This document shows positions 22,590 through 35,861 of a DNA stretch of 64,000 nucleotides, piece after piece. Under the pieces are notes generated by a model. The model did no database searches. It was not told where the DNA came from and saw only the letters and a list, made by a program, of their open reading frames with translations. The position numbers and the translations under genes were made by a program. The stretch spans positions 99,324,001-99,388,000 of the forward strand of contig NC_091980.1 in NCBI RefSeq assembly GCF_044704955.1, written 5' to 3'. This DNA is from Pristiophorus japonicus. Lineage: Eukaryota. Positions within the stretch are counted from its first letter, which is position 1; each line of letters opens with the position of its first letter.

Positions 22590-24985
22590 TTCATGCACAA
22601 GGACCCCAGGTCCCTCTGCACCGCAGCATGTTGTAATTTCTCCCCATTCAAATAATATTCCTTATTACTGTTTTTTTTCCCAAGGTGGATGACCTCACAC
22701 TTTCCGACATTGTATTCCATTTGCCAAACCTTAGCCCATTCGCTTAACCTATCTAAATCTCTTTGCAGCCTCTCTGTGTCCTCTACACAACCCGCTTTCC
22801 CACTAATCTATGTGTCATCTGCAAATTTTGTTACACGACACTCTGTCCCCTCTTCCAGGTCATCTATGTATATTGTAAACAGTTATGGTCTCAGCACCGA
22901 TCCCTGTGGCACACCACTAACCACCGATTTCCAACCCGAAAAGGACCCATTTATCCCGATTCTCTGCTTTCTGTTAGCCAGCCAATTCTCTATCCATGCT
23001 AATACATTTCCTCTGACTCCGCGTACCTTTTTCTTCTGCAGTAACCTTTTGTGTGGCACCTTATCGAATGCCTTTTGGAAATCTAAATACACCACATCCA
23101 TCGCTACACCTCTATCCACCATGCTTGTTATATCCTCAAAGAATTCCAGTAAATTAGTTAAACATGATTTTCCCTTCATGAACCCATGTTGCGTCTGCTT
23201 GATTGCACTATTCCTATCTAGATGTCCCGCTATTTCTTCCTTAATGATAGTTTCAAGCATTTTTCCCACTACAGATGTTGAACTAACCAGCCTATAGTTA
23301 CCTGCGTTTTGTCTGCCTCCTTTTTTAAACAGAGGCGTTACATTAGCTGCTTTCCAATCTGCTGGTACCTCCCCAGAGTCCAGAGAATTTTGGTAGATTA
23401 TAACGAATGCATCTGCTATAACTTCCATCATCTCTTTTAATACTCTGGGATGAATTTCATCAGGACAAGGGGACTTGTCTACCTTGAGTCCCATTCGCCT
23501 GTCCAGCACTACCCGCCTAGTGATAGTGATTGTCTCAAGGTCCTCCCTTCCCACATTCTTGTGACCAGCAATTTTTGCCATGGTTTTTGTGTCTTCCACT
23601 GTGAAGACCGAAGCAAAATAATTGTTTAAGGTCTCAGCCATTTCCACATTTCCCATTATTAAATCCCCCTTCTCATCTTCTAAGGGACCAACATTTACTT
23701 TAGTCACTCTTTTCCGTTTTATATATTTGTAAAAGCTTTTACTATCTGTTTTTATGTTTTGCGCAAGTTTACTTTCGTAATCTATCTTTCCTTTCTTTAT
23801 TGCTTTCTTAGTCATTCTTTGCTGTCGTTTAAAATTTTCCCAATCTTCTAGTTTCCCACTAACCTTGGCCACCTTATACGCATTGGTTTTTAATTTGATA
23901 CACTCCTTTATTTCCTTGGTTATCCACAGCTGGTTATTCCTTCTCTTACCGCCCTTCTTTTTCACTGGAATATATTTTTGTTGAGCACTATGAAAGAGCT
24001 CCTTAAAAGTCCTCCACGGTTCCTCAATTGTGCCACCATTTAGTCTGTGTTTCCAGTCTACTTTAGCCAACTCTGCCCTCATCCCACTGTAGTCCCCTTT
24101 GTTTTAGCATTGTATGCTCGTTTGAGACACTACTTCCTCACCCTCAATCTGTATTACAAATTCAACCATACTGTGATCACTCATTCCGAGAGGATCTTTT
24201 ACGAGGAGATCGTTTATTATTCCTGTCTCATTACACAGGACCAGATCTAAGATAGCTTGCTCCCTTGTAGGTTCTTTAACATACTGTTCTAAGAAACAAT
24301 CCCGTATGCATTCTATGAATTCCTCCTCCAGGCTACCCCGTGCGATTTGATTTGACCAATCGATATGTAGGTTAAAATCCCCCATGATTACTGCCGTTCC
24401 TTTTTCACATGCCTCCATTATTCCCTTGATTATTGCCTGCCCCACTGTGAAGTTATTATTTGGGGGCCTATAAACTATGCCCACCAGTGACTTTTTCCCC
24501 TTACTATCTCTAATCTCCACCCACAATGATTCAACATTTTCTTCATTCGAGCCAATATCGTCTCTCACAACTGCCCTGATATCATCCTTTATTAACAGAG
24601 CTACCCCACCTCCTTTCCCTTCTTGTCTATCTTTCCGAATTGTCAGATACCCCTGTATGTTTAATTCCCAGTCTTGGCCACCCTGCAACCACGTTTCTTT
24701 AATGGCCACCAAATCATACCCATTTGTAATGATTTGTGCTGTCAACTCATTTACTTTATTTCGAATGCTGCGTGCGTTTCGGTAGAGTGTTTTAATACTA
24801 GTTTTTAATCCCATGATTTTTAGTTTTGACCCCTCCTGCAGCCCCTTTATATTCAGTGGCCCTTTTTGTTTTTTGCCTTGGGTTTTTCTGCCCTCCACTT
24901 TTACTCATCTCCTTTCTGTCTTTTGCTTTTGTCTCCTTTTTGTTTCCCTCTGTCTCCCTTTATTGGTTCCCATCACCCTGCCATA

Positions 24986-25932
24986 TTAGTTTAAATCCTC
25001 CCCAACAGCACTAGCCAACACTCCCCCTAGGACATTGGTTCTGGTCCTGCCTAGGTGCAGACCGTCCGGTTTGTACTGGTCCCACCTCCCCCAGAACCGA
25101 TTGCAATGCCCCAGGAATTTGAATCCCTCCCTGCTGCACCACTGCTCAAGCCACGTATTCATCTGAGCTATCCTGTGATTCCTACTCTGACTAGCACATG
25201 GCACTGGTAGCAATCCCGAGATTACTACTTTTGAGGTCCCACGTTTTAATTTAGCTCCTAGCTCCTTAAATTCGTCTCATAGGACCTCATCCCTTTTTTT
25301 ACCTATATCGTTGGTACCAATGTGCACCACGACAACTGGCTGTTCACCCTCCCTTTTAAGAATGTCCTGCACCCGCTCCGAGACATCCTTGACCCTTGCA
25401 CCAGGGAGGCAACATACCATCCTGGAGTCTCGGTTATGGCCGCAGAAACGCCTATCTATTCCCCTTACAATCGAATCCCCTATCACTATCACTCTCTCAC
25501 TCTTTTTCCTGCCCTCCTGTGCAGCAGAGCCACCCACGGTGCCATGAACTTGGCTGCTGCTGCCCTTCCCTGATGAGTCATGCCCATCAACAGTACTCAA
25601 AACGGTGTATCTGTTTTGCAGGGGGAGGACCGCAGGGGACCCCTGCACTACCTTCCTTGCACTGCTCTTCTTGCTGGTCTTCCATTCCCTAGCTGGCTGT
25701 GTATCCTTCACCTGCGGTAAGACCAACTCGCTACACGTGCTACTCATGTCATTCTCAGCATCGTGGATGCTCCAGAGTAAATCCACCCTCAGCTCCAATT
25801 CCACAACGCGGACCGTCAGGAGCTGGAGGCGGATACATTTCCCGCACACGTAGTCGTCAGGGACACCGGAAGTGTCCCTGAGTTCCCACATGTACAGGAG
25901 GAGCATATCACGTGACCGTGCTCTCCTGCCAT
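24986..25932 (-). pseudogene. CR1 ORF1 (zinc finger + SGNH/GDSL esterase)
   Basis: YVCGKC, VIGDSIVRG, CLPGARV, HIGTND and DGLHL motifs; interrupted by a stop and frameshifts. Confidence 0.9.
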
Positions 25933-26114
25933 GACTTAATCCTTAGATACACTTAAATTGGCAACAACAATGCTGAAGTTTACTCACTGTTATAGAAGAG
26001 AGAAAAGAAATACTACTCACCAATCACCAGCCAATCACTTACCCCCTTGGCTGTGACATCACCTTTCTGTTTCTTTCTACTTCTTTTTTGCCTTCCCCCT
26101 GTAGCTGCACAAGC

Positions 26115-26480
26115 CTCTCACCGAACTTGCGCTGTTCCTGGTCTCACTGGCCTTTATAGGCCTTTCGCCGACCCCGGACTCACGCCTCTTGCCGAACTCG
26201 CGCTGCGCCCAATCTCACTGGCCTTTTGTAGGCCTCTCCGATCCCCGGAACTCCCGCCTCTCGCCGAACTCGTGCTGCTCCGGTCGCACTGGCCTTTTTT
26301 AGGCCTCTCTGATCCCCGGAACTACCGCCTCTCGCCGAACTTGCGCTGCTCCTGGTCTCGCTGGCCTTTTGTAGGCCTCTCCGATCCCCAGAACTCCCGC
26401 CTCTCGCCGAACTCGTGCTGCTCCTGGTCTTGCTGGCCTTTTGTAGGCCGCTCTGATCCCTGGAACTCCCGCCTCTCGCG
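26115..26480 (-). repeat. ~71-bp GC-rich tandem monomers (about 5 copies) at the CR1-C 5' end
   Basis: Unit ctctcgccgaactcg...ctggcctttt(g)taggcctctccgatccccggaactcccgc, starting near 26115, 26185, 26257, 26328 and 26400. Confidence 0.9.
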
Positions 26481-26483
26481 GGA

Positions 26484-26860
26484 TCTTTGTATCTTCAGGA
26501 AACTTGGCTACATAACACTCAATTCTTTCATTCAAGTCATTAATATCGATTGTAAATAGTTGAAGACCCAGCACCAATCCATGTGGCATCCCACTAGTCA
26601 CTGTTTGCCAACCGGAAAATGACCCATTTATCCTGACTCTCTGTTTTCTGTTAGTTAGCCAATCCTCTATCCATGCTAATATATTACCCCCAACCCCATG
26701 AACTTTTAGCTTGTGCAGTAACCTTTTATGTGGCACCTTATTGAATGTCTTCTGGAAATCCAAATACACCATGTCCACTGGTTCCCCCTTATCCACCCTG
26801 CTCATTACATCCTCAAAGAATTCAAGCAAATTTGTCAAACATGATTTCCCTTTCATAAAA
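26484..26860 (-). mobile_element. CR1-B 5' part
   Basis: MKGKSCLTNLLEFFED...VAKFPEDTK. Confidence 0.88.
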
Positions 26861-27775
26861 AAAAATGAAGAAATTAGGTGCTCAATTTTCCCCAGTTATC
26901 TGCGCCGTTTCTTTGGCGTAAATTAAGATATCCAAATTTCCCCAAACTTTCTGCGCCAGAGTAACTCAGTTAGTTACAATTTTTTTCGGTTAGTATTTTT
27001 TTGCGTAACCTGATGTCGGCATCAGTTTTTCACATTTAAGTCAGTATGGCTAACTTACATTTCTCCTAGGACGGCATACGTGACCTCTCCCCAAAAAAAC
27101 TTCTGGGCACTTATGAAAAACCAGCGCACATTAAAAAAATCGGTGCAGAAAGATACCATTGTTTTTATGCAAAGTTCTGGCAGGAGTCAAGAAGACAAAG
27201 AATATGCATAATGAAGCATAATTCTTTCAAAGTCAAAGGGAGAAAATGGAAGTCTGATGCAATTCTTCTATTTTTGATTTTTTTCAAAGTACCTCGCCAC
27301 CACCGAACATCTCCTCACCGGACTCGAGCCCCGAGCCCCTGGACACAGCGGCTCGAGGCTTGGCTTCAAAAGAAGCCTGGGGGGAGTGGACGCGAACTGA
27401 AAGGATAAGAACCCTTATACATACAGCAGTTTCAAAAGAAGCCCGGGGGAGGGGGGTTGGTGTGGATGCCGAACCCCTGTGTCTGGGCGAAGAAGCGATT
27501 CTGCCAGCCAACTCTCGAGCCCAGTGAGGAGACGTTCAGTCGGTGGTGGGGTGATACTTTGAAAAAATCTAAAATTAAAGAATTGCATTAGACTTCATTG
27601 CCCCAAATGTCTTCATTGAATGCCTAGCTTCCCGTTCTAAGCAAGCCTATTGCACATGCGCAGACCAGGGTATGGTCCATACTAGGGCATCGACCTTGGG
27701 GACAGAGAGAGAGGAAAGAAGGTTTAAGTCCTTTGTCCTGCTGTTTTGAGCTTCTTGCAAAGGTACAATTTAATT

Positions 27776-28984
27776 ATGGGGGCAATATTGACAATGCCAT
27801 ACCTTGTGCAAGCTGTCTGCATAATGGTGCTGCGGAGGAGTCGATTGATTAGACATCATTGCATAAGGAACCTCAGAGCACATAAGATTGATGGACAGGA
27901 GGCCTTACCCACATCGGGTATAGCGAGATAGGCATTCATAACTGCACCTCAGTGATGCAAACTGTGTGAGAAGGCTGCGTTATCGCAAAGAAGTTGTAAC
28001 CAAGATCTGTGAGTTAGTAAAAGCAGATCTGCACCCTAGGAGCATCAGGAGGACTGCTTTGTCAGTTGAAGTAAAGATTACAGCTGTACTTTTATTTTAT
28101 GCATCTGGATCATTCCAGGCCAAAACTGGGGATGTGTGCACCATTTCTCATCATGCAACACATATCTGCATTCGGCAGGTGACTGCTGCACTATATGCCT
28201 GGAGGAATGACTGCATAAAGTTCCCTATGACCACCCAGGCAATGCGTGAAAGAGCTGTGGGCTTCTCCAGTATTGCTGGCTTCCCAAAGGTACAGGGCTG
28301 CATTGATTGCAAGGCGATGTGAGTACAAGCACCTTTGGGGGATTCCGACATGTACAGGAACAGAAAAGGTTTCCACTCCATTAATGTGCAGCTCGTGTGT
28401 GACGACATGTATCGCATCATGTCAGTGGATGCGGGATACCATGGGAGCACCCAAGATGTGTTCATTCTGTGCGAGAGCACTATATCTGCCATGTTTCAGC
28501 AGCAGCCAGAAGGGCAGAGCTGCTGGGAGACAAAGGGTACGGCCTCGCCACCTGACTCATGACGCCCCTACGCGTAACCCAGATGGAAGCTAACTGTCAA
28601 TACAACATGTCGCATATTACAATGTGCAGCATATTAGAGAGCACCATTGGCATCTTGAAACAGCGTTTCTGATGCCTGGACCATTCCGGAGGCTACTTGC
28701 AATACTCCCCTGAGAGTGTTGGTCAGTTCACTGTTGTGTGCTGCATACTACATAACTTAGCCATCATGAGGCAGCAGCAGCTGGTAGTAGAAAACCCTCC
28801 TGAGGTGAGAGTGGCTGATGATGAGGAAGAACATGCAGATGATGATGATGAGGAGGAGGAGGAGGAAGCCATGCAACTACCTGAACCCGGAGCATGACGG
28901 CGGAGGAGGGCGGACCGTCGTGCCCCTTTAACGATTGCTCGAGCCTTGCGCCAGCAGCTCATCCATGAACGCTTTGCTGCCTGA
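27776..28984 (+). pseudogene. Harbinger DDE transposase (HARBI1-like)
   Basis: FYASGSFQ, FPKVQGCIDC, YRNRKGFHSINVQLVCD, GDKGY, CCILHNLA and ERFAA*; several stops and frameshifts. Confidence 0.92.
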
Positions 28985-29412
28985 AGGCTCAGCGGCAACT
29001 ATTCCACATGGAGCATGTTTATTGTTTGGACCTGTTCCGTAATGTTGTGTTGTGTTAATGGAACAAATAATGGAAACGATTCTTCTTTCATTGAAAAAGT
29101 TGTGTTAATAATGGAACAAATAATGGAAATGATTCAGTTATAATTTAAAATATATTTTATTCAAAAGTTTAACACTTGTTTGTACTTAACTAACTTTAAG
29201 AAAAATATTCTTGCATCAAACTTTAAAGTTTTCAGTTAAGGTCACTTACAAACTTTTAAACTTGTAAATTTACATAAATTAAAAGTTTTTTGTAATGTGA
29301 GAACAGTTACAACAATAACAACAATATTAACAACAACAACAACAACAGCAGCAAAGAAAGACTGCACCCATCTCTGCTCCGCCTTATTCTAAGACCGCCC
29401 GCTGCGCTTGAT

Positions 29413-30863
29413 CTAGGTGACTTCACCCCTGCCCGCAGTCCGTGGCACAGCATTTCTCGGGTTGGTACCAAGCTTATACTTTCGAGCATCTCGGGTAATG
29501 TGCACTTCTTGATCGGGGGCGTGGGCAGGTGGTAATGTGGAAGGCTTGGCTTGGGCCTCTTCAGAGGCTGGTCTGGGGATTGGAGTGGGAGTGGCAGTTG
29601 ATTCTGTCAATGGGCGCAGGGTCTGGGCATGTTCCCTTATTGCAGCAGCTAACTCTGACATTCCCTCTCTCACGTGCCCTGACAGCATCTCCACTACTTA
29701 TAATATTCCCTCCCTCATGTTCACCAACAGTGTATCAGCTACCTGCAACATCAATGCTCTCCGCACTCATTGCCATCATCTGAACCACACCTGTTAGATC
29801 CTGCATCTCACGAGAGCGCAGTTGAACTCTCCTTCCCCTCCTCACCCTGGCTGTGACTCACTGCATCCCACTGGGACCTGCAGCCTCGGACTGTGCAAAA
29901 CCATGGAATGTCCCAACACTAGTACCACTCAGGAAAGGGGCTGGCACCTCCTCCAGAGTGAGTACAAGAGTGGGGGCTTCATCCTTGCCCTCCCCCCTGC
30001 CCCTCCCAACTTTGCCCCCCTCATCCTCACCCCCATGCTCTTGGTCTGGAAGATGGGATTGGAAGATGTTCTCCTCCTCAGGCGCATCGGCGTCTGAATC
30101 TTCTTCTGCATCAGCTTCAGCCTCATCAGGGTTGGCCTCAAGTTCTGCAAAATATAACAGAACAGACAAATGGTTAGCAGCAGAGGAGGGTCAGGGTGGC
30201 ATGAGCGCAGGCTCATTTGAAGGACCACGATGAATGATAACACATTGCATCAACCGAAGCGTAGCTGATGGAGACATCCCCATGAACCGAAGCATGGCTA
30301 GCCCGCGCAGTACTTGACTTTTAGCAAAGCCAGACTGTGGAATTTGCAGGACTTACCCTCTCCCTCAAGTGTGGGCTCAGCTTGTGCAGTGGTGATTGCA
30401 TTCCTCCAGGCAGGACCCATCAAAGCAGCAACCCTGTCTTCCAGGTGTGTCAGTGAGTGCAGATTTGCTGGGCCTCCTCCTGTTTGAGTTCTTTCCCTTT
30501 TGTTGTGTGCACCTTCCTCTGCAAAGATGAAAATATAACTTTTTAGAGAGGGTGTCTTTCTGCTGGGTGGGACATACTGATGGTCACATTTACAATTGCA
30601 ATTCCAGTGAATAAATGAAAATATTATTTACACTAACTACTTGACCAAGGTCCTGCCACTTTTTGCACTGGCCTCCAGACCTCGGGGTGGTCACCATTGC
30701 ACAGTAATCTTGTACAAGATGATTCCAGCGTTTCTTCATTTCTTTTGGTGAAACTTTTAAGTGACCACTGCTGGTGTCCAGCTCGTGCCATCTGGCCTCA
30801 ATTACAGTAACCAGGGCCTCCACTTTATCCTGTGAGATATTCTTGGTCCTTGAGTTTTTCCAT
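29413..30863 (-). pseudogene. Harbinger Myb/SANT-like gene, 3 exons
   Basis: VEALVTVIEARW...MKKRW...RSGGQCKKWQDLGQVVS. Same exon structure as Harbinger-1. Confidence 0.85.
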
Positions 30864-31559
30864 TGAGAATTAAAGTTCTCACACACAACTGGCTTTTTAA
30901 AAATGGCTGAATGCAGACCGGGAGCTGTACTGGACATGTGCGCCCATAGTAGTCACATAAAAAACGACTTTTTTTTTCGCGCATGTGCATCACTTTTTCG
31001 GCGCAGACATTAGAGTTCACCCCCCAAAATTAAAGGACAGGCTGCGCGCCGCCAATTTAAAAAAATAGAACGGGGAAACTTGCAAATTTTTTTGGGGGAG
31101 TAGTCGAGGCCAAAAGAAACGGGCGTAACTCTTGAAATACGTCAAAAAATGGCATTGGGGAAAATTGAGCCCGTTGAATGTTTTTGTGGAATCGTGATAG
31201 AGAAGTGTTGCTGTGTTTGGGGCAGAATGGAATCCTTCTGTGTGATCAAATGTGCAGCACGCGTGGCAATGGTTACTGTAAGAATGAATGCTGTTTGCTC
31301 GGCTCATAGGCAGCAAGAGCAGATGAGGAAAAAAAAACTCTCAGGATAGTAAGATTGTCTACGGATTGACAACTCCAATTAAATATATCCTTATAATAGG
31401 CATGTTATAAGCATCTTGCTTGTAACATGTTTCAGCATTCCCAATGGAGCCTGGAAAGCATCAGACTAACCCTTTAGTTCTTTCACACATAAATTTCCAT
31501 GCCTGTAATACTTCAACTTGAATTTTGGGGCTGGCACAGAGAAAGGCTCCTAATGTCAC

Positions 31560-32050
31560 ACATGTTATGCCATCAAGTCAAACTCCCACCTAAAACTACT
31601 TGCATGATGTGTAATCCTCCATTCACACCAAAAGGAATGTAGGCTTGGATGGAAGTGTAATTCACATGTGATCCAAATGCTGAAACGTATGCTTTGTCTG
31701 ATTTTAAAAGAGGTGGCTTCCCCACAACCATGGAGAAAGAAACCAGACTGGTGGCAGCCCTTCCAAACTGCGTGGTGTGACCTGCCATGAGGAGATAACT
31801 CTGGCAATTATGGGTGGGGTGACCACAGAGGGTGTAGGCCAGGAAGAGTTTGTTGTATTGGTGCTCGTCCAACAAAGCAAGTGAAATGAGTGGCAATTCC
31901 GCAGCCACGTCTCCACTCCATTTACAGATCTTTTTGAATCACAAAATTGTGAAAAGTTCAACAAAGAACCACAATGTCGGTGATCCACTTGGGAACATAT
32001 TGAGTGTTTCATCTGATCTGTGCAGACAATGAAATCTTCCCTTCCAGACC
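31560..32050 (-). pseudogene. Very old Harbinger transposase remnant
   Basis: Degenerate similarity to the GFPxxxGxIDxTH and TPL...YN..H..TR regions. Confidence 0.35.
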
Positions 32051-33024
32051 CTCATAATTCTCTCAGGTGAATGAATGGGTCTTGTTATTCCAAAGCATTC
32101 CTGTGTTCCGCATTCTCAGTGGGGTTATGAACCACGGCAGTAAGGACTAACCTTTATCCCCAAAAACGATCCTGAACAATGAATATTTTCCCTGAATAGA
32201 TAGGGAGGCTGGAGTTCCTCAATACAAAGAAGTCATAACACCTGCCTGCAGAGTTGGCATTCATATAAAGAATCCTTTGCAGTTAGTCAAAGACACCTTG
32301 TACATTAAGAGAAAAGATATTCTTTCTGTTAAATAAATTCAAAGGGTTGACTCTTGGAGCTCATATGACAATGCAAATCCTATCAATAGCACACTGCACT
32401 TTGGGGAACTTAGCAACATGATAAACTAACAGCCCCATAGTCCTCGAGTCATATCAAAGTAAATTAATTCTCCAACTCTTCTGTAGATTTTATTTGTCAC
32501 CTAGCAAATGCATACCCAAATGGAACTGTGGGTGATATACAAAGACCCACTATTGCAGCTTGAAAGGAGCCAATGGCAAAAAAAATCCTTAAAGTGGCAG
32601 AGACTTTGACAGCAACTAGGAAAGCTGTTCAGACTGATTATTTGGGCTGCAAGTCATCTTTCAAAAGGTGGCACACATCATCTATCTTCTGTATAGTGAA
32701 TGTTAGTTTCACACAGAGCTCCTCACTTAAATCTTGATTCAATCTTTGGGGACTAAACAAGCTTTGGGAGATGGAGTAATATTTAGTTTGTCTCATCCTC
32801 CTTAAATGCTGTTGCACTATTCTTGGGTCTGTTTTCCTTCGTCTCCTCCATTTTTTGTGAATAGAGAACTCCCCATAGAGAAACCCATGTTGCTAGATAA
32901 GTAGCTCTCAATCTGGGTGGAGGTCCATACTTTCTTGGGGTGGGAAGGGGGTGAGAATTCTGACAGACTCTCAGGGGAATACATTCAGCTTGTTCTCGAA
33001 ACTGGCAATAGTGCCCAGGATTTT

Positions 33025-33430
33025 CACCCAATGACGATGAAGGAACAACAATATATATCCAAGTCAGGCTGTTCTGTGACTAGGAATGGAACTTGAAGGG
33101 GATGGTGTTCCCATGATTTTATCCTTTTCAGTGTTCGATCCTTTGAAGCTGTTGACGTAAGCTTGGTGAGTTGCTGTAGTTCATCCTGCAGATAATATGT
33201 ACTGCCACCACAGTACACCAGTGCTGGAGAAGGTGGGTGTTGAGTCCAGTGACAGGAGCACTGATCAAGTAGATTGCTCTGCCTTGGATGGTGTCAAGTT
33301 TCTGGAGTAGCTGCACCCATCCTGATGTGTGGTGAGTATTACACACATTTCTGGCTTGTACTTTACAGGTGGTGAGACATTAGGTGGTGAGCCACTCATT
33401 GCAGAATATCCAGCCACTGCCTTATTCTTG
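33025..33430 (-). mobile_element. HER1-like LINE fragment
   Basis: Homologous to 57380-57780 (KLDTIQ...LNTHxLQH). Confidence 0.65.
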
Positions 33431-34605
33431 TAGCCATTGTGACGACCAATGAAAATTAATTGAGTTCTATAAAGGGTGAGCAATCCTCCAGCCAGATTAC
33501 TGCCCAGGCAGTGAAAACAGGAAACTACACCATGATTACCTACAATTAGGAGGTATAATGACACCCACACACATTCTGTGTGAAGCCAGCAAAATCTGCA
33601 CAAATATTTGTGCTGCCCAAATTGGCACCTTGCAAGTCAGGCTGATTTATCAATGTGCCCTCGTGAAGTATGTGGGAATGCTCTCTGATCATACTCTTGT
33701 ATGAGATAATGTGACAAATTTTGAAATGTTTTGTTCCCTTTTTAATCATAAAAGCACAGTCTTTAGGTGCAAAGTTCAAAGTGGTTCATTTCAATGATTG
33801 ACTGATTGGTAACAAATTATTCACAATGTTTTGACTTTCACAGACATAAATTTTATTTAGTGCTGATTGGACTATGAGTTTTGTCTTGCATCCTTCTTGC
33901 ATAATGTATATATTCAAATATTTGTATGTAATTTGGCTCATTGTGTATTAGTGTGTAATATTGCTACATTCTTTTAATATTCCAACTTCAAGTTAATTGA
34001 GTGATTCAAAATAGGACACACCATTTCTGGTGATAAATTACAGTCCTATTAGTCTTAACTCAATACCGCACAAAATATGCTTGAGGATTTTCTGTACAAT
34101 AATAACCCAGTGAACTAGCAGTCAATATGAATTTAGAAGGGGAAGATCCTGTCTGACCAACGTCATTGACTTTTACGAGGAAGTGACATCCCAAGGGGTG
34201 TAACAAAGACTTCCAAAAAGCAATTAACAAAGTTCTGCATGAAAAGCTACTAGCTAATCTTGGAAACAGATAAGAGATTGGCTGAGGGGTAGGAAACATC
34301 AGTTAAATGTTATCGAGGAGTCGTGTCAGGGGAGTGTCGTGTCAAGAGGAGTGGTGAATGGGGAGCCACAGTGTGTGCAGCCATCAAAACTTGCACAAAT
34401 AATTGCATTGGCAAAATTGGCACTTTGCAAGTTAGGCTGATTTATCATTGTGCCCTTGTGAAGTATGTGGGAGTGCCGAAATAGAACTAAACTTTTGTTT
34501 ATAATTTATATCGATGGACAGAACTTCAACTTTGGTGGGAATGTAAAATGGATTGGTAGCAAATCAGCCACCCATTAAACATCTCACCTGATTTTGCTTT
34601 ACAAT

Positions 34606-35314
34606 GGGGCAAAAATTGTGGTCTCTACGATACGCGTAGAGGCCCCACAAGTGCCGGTTCTTGATGTGCATGTGCTGAAATCCATCACTTGCGACTGTCA
34701 AAATTTCTATTGACAGTTCCAATGCATCCCCGGGAGAAAGGCCTTCACAAGCGGAGATTTGGGCTATTTGCCCAACTCCTGCCCAGCGAATATCCTTCAA
34801 ACTCTTACGCCTGGTAAAAGCATAGAGTTTTAAAAGATAGAAAAATAAAATTTTATCAATAATGTTTATATTAAAAACCCTGTCCATTAAGGTAAGTTTA
34901 TTTTTACTCCTATTAAAACATATTTAAAAAATGTCAAAAAAATAAATTAACGTCTAAAACATTTAATTAAATTAAATTTCAATTAATTTGAAATATGTGA
35001 AGTGTTCTTTTTATTTATTTAAAATGTCTGTGTGATTTTGGGGGTATCCCCATTCACAGAAATGGTGATCTCTGTGCAAACGGAACTCACCATTATTGTG
35101 AATGGGGATACACCATTTTCATTGGTTGGTCCGGCCCACGTGATCCCAGGATGCACAATACGCTCCTGGAATACGTGGATCTCTGCGCTGAGCTGCAAAT
35201 GGAGGTGTCGTAGCACAAGTGTTCATTCTTCCGGGACCACCAGGTACATTCAGAAAGATTTTTGTGGTCGGAGGCATCCGCCCGCGGGAAGCCTCTGACC
35301 ATAATTTTTGGCCC
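34606..35314. mobile_element. Harbinger-type MITE
   Basis: 18-bp TIRs ggggcaaaaattgtggtc / gaccataatttttggccc; flanks AAT/ATT. Confidence 0.8.
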
Positions 35315-35861
35315 ATTGACTTCAATAGAAAGTAAAAATCAGGCGAGGTGTATAATGGACGGCCAATCAAGTAGTGCCCATTTTACACCCCTACCCAACA
35401 TGAATGTTCCATCCACTGACTTTGATTCAGAAATGCAATGCAAATTGGTCCAGTAGAAGGGGCAGTTGATTCTGAGCAGGCGGCTTAAGAAATACTTACT
35501 TCTGTTCTTCCCCAAGGTGGGCAAATTATGGAAGTATAGAGAACAATGGCAGGTGAAATTTAAGGGCTAATCTGAAATGTTACACTTGGAGAACAGTCCC
35601 TTACCGGCATCAGAAAGATAGGCCTTAGCGCACTCAGTGCTAAACTGCTGATTCTGGAAGACAAAGTTCTTTTCCATTTTTGAGGTAGTGCTATAGACCG
35701 CACTAACCTTATTAGACCTCATAAAATTGTGAACAAACATTATGATAGGTCCCATAAATGAATTATCCAAGCTGTTCTGCAGCATGACACCTCATTCCCT
35801 GAATGTTGTATAAAACAAGCATTTGGAGACCTGCAAACCAAAGCTTGATCTAAAGCTCTAG

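Larger units (their letters stand above)
21157..26483 (-). mobile_element. CR1-C, apparently full length (5' tandem repeats, ORF1, ORF2), inserted in CR1-B
   Basis: (cataagaa)n tail and ORF2 pieces at 24104-24898, 22883-24082, 21608-21853 and 21267-21713. ORF1 lies upstream. Confidence 0.95.
26878..31172 (+). mobile_element. Harbinger-2: complete two-gene PIF/Harbinger (decayed)
   Basis: 16-bp TIRs g(t)gctcaattttcccc / ggggaaaattgagccc, enclosing convergent transposase and Myb genes. Confidence 0.9.

Noticed and set aside
26115-26480. CRISPR-like array
   Set aside because: The units are head-to-tail with no unique spacers, there are no cas genes, and the context is a vertebrate LINE.
26299-26856. 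RT fused to a repeat-protein domain
   Set aside because: Read-through across the CR1-B / CR1-C insertion junction.
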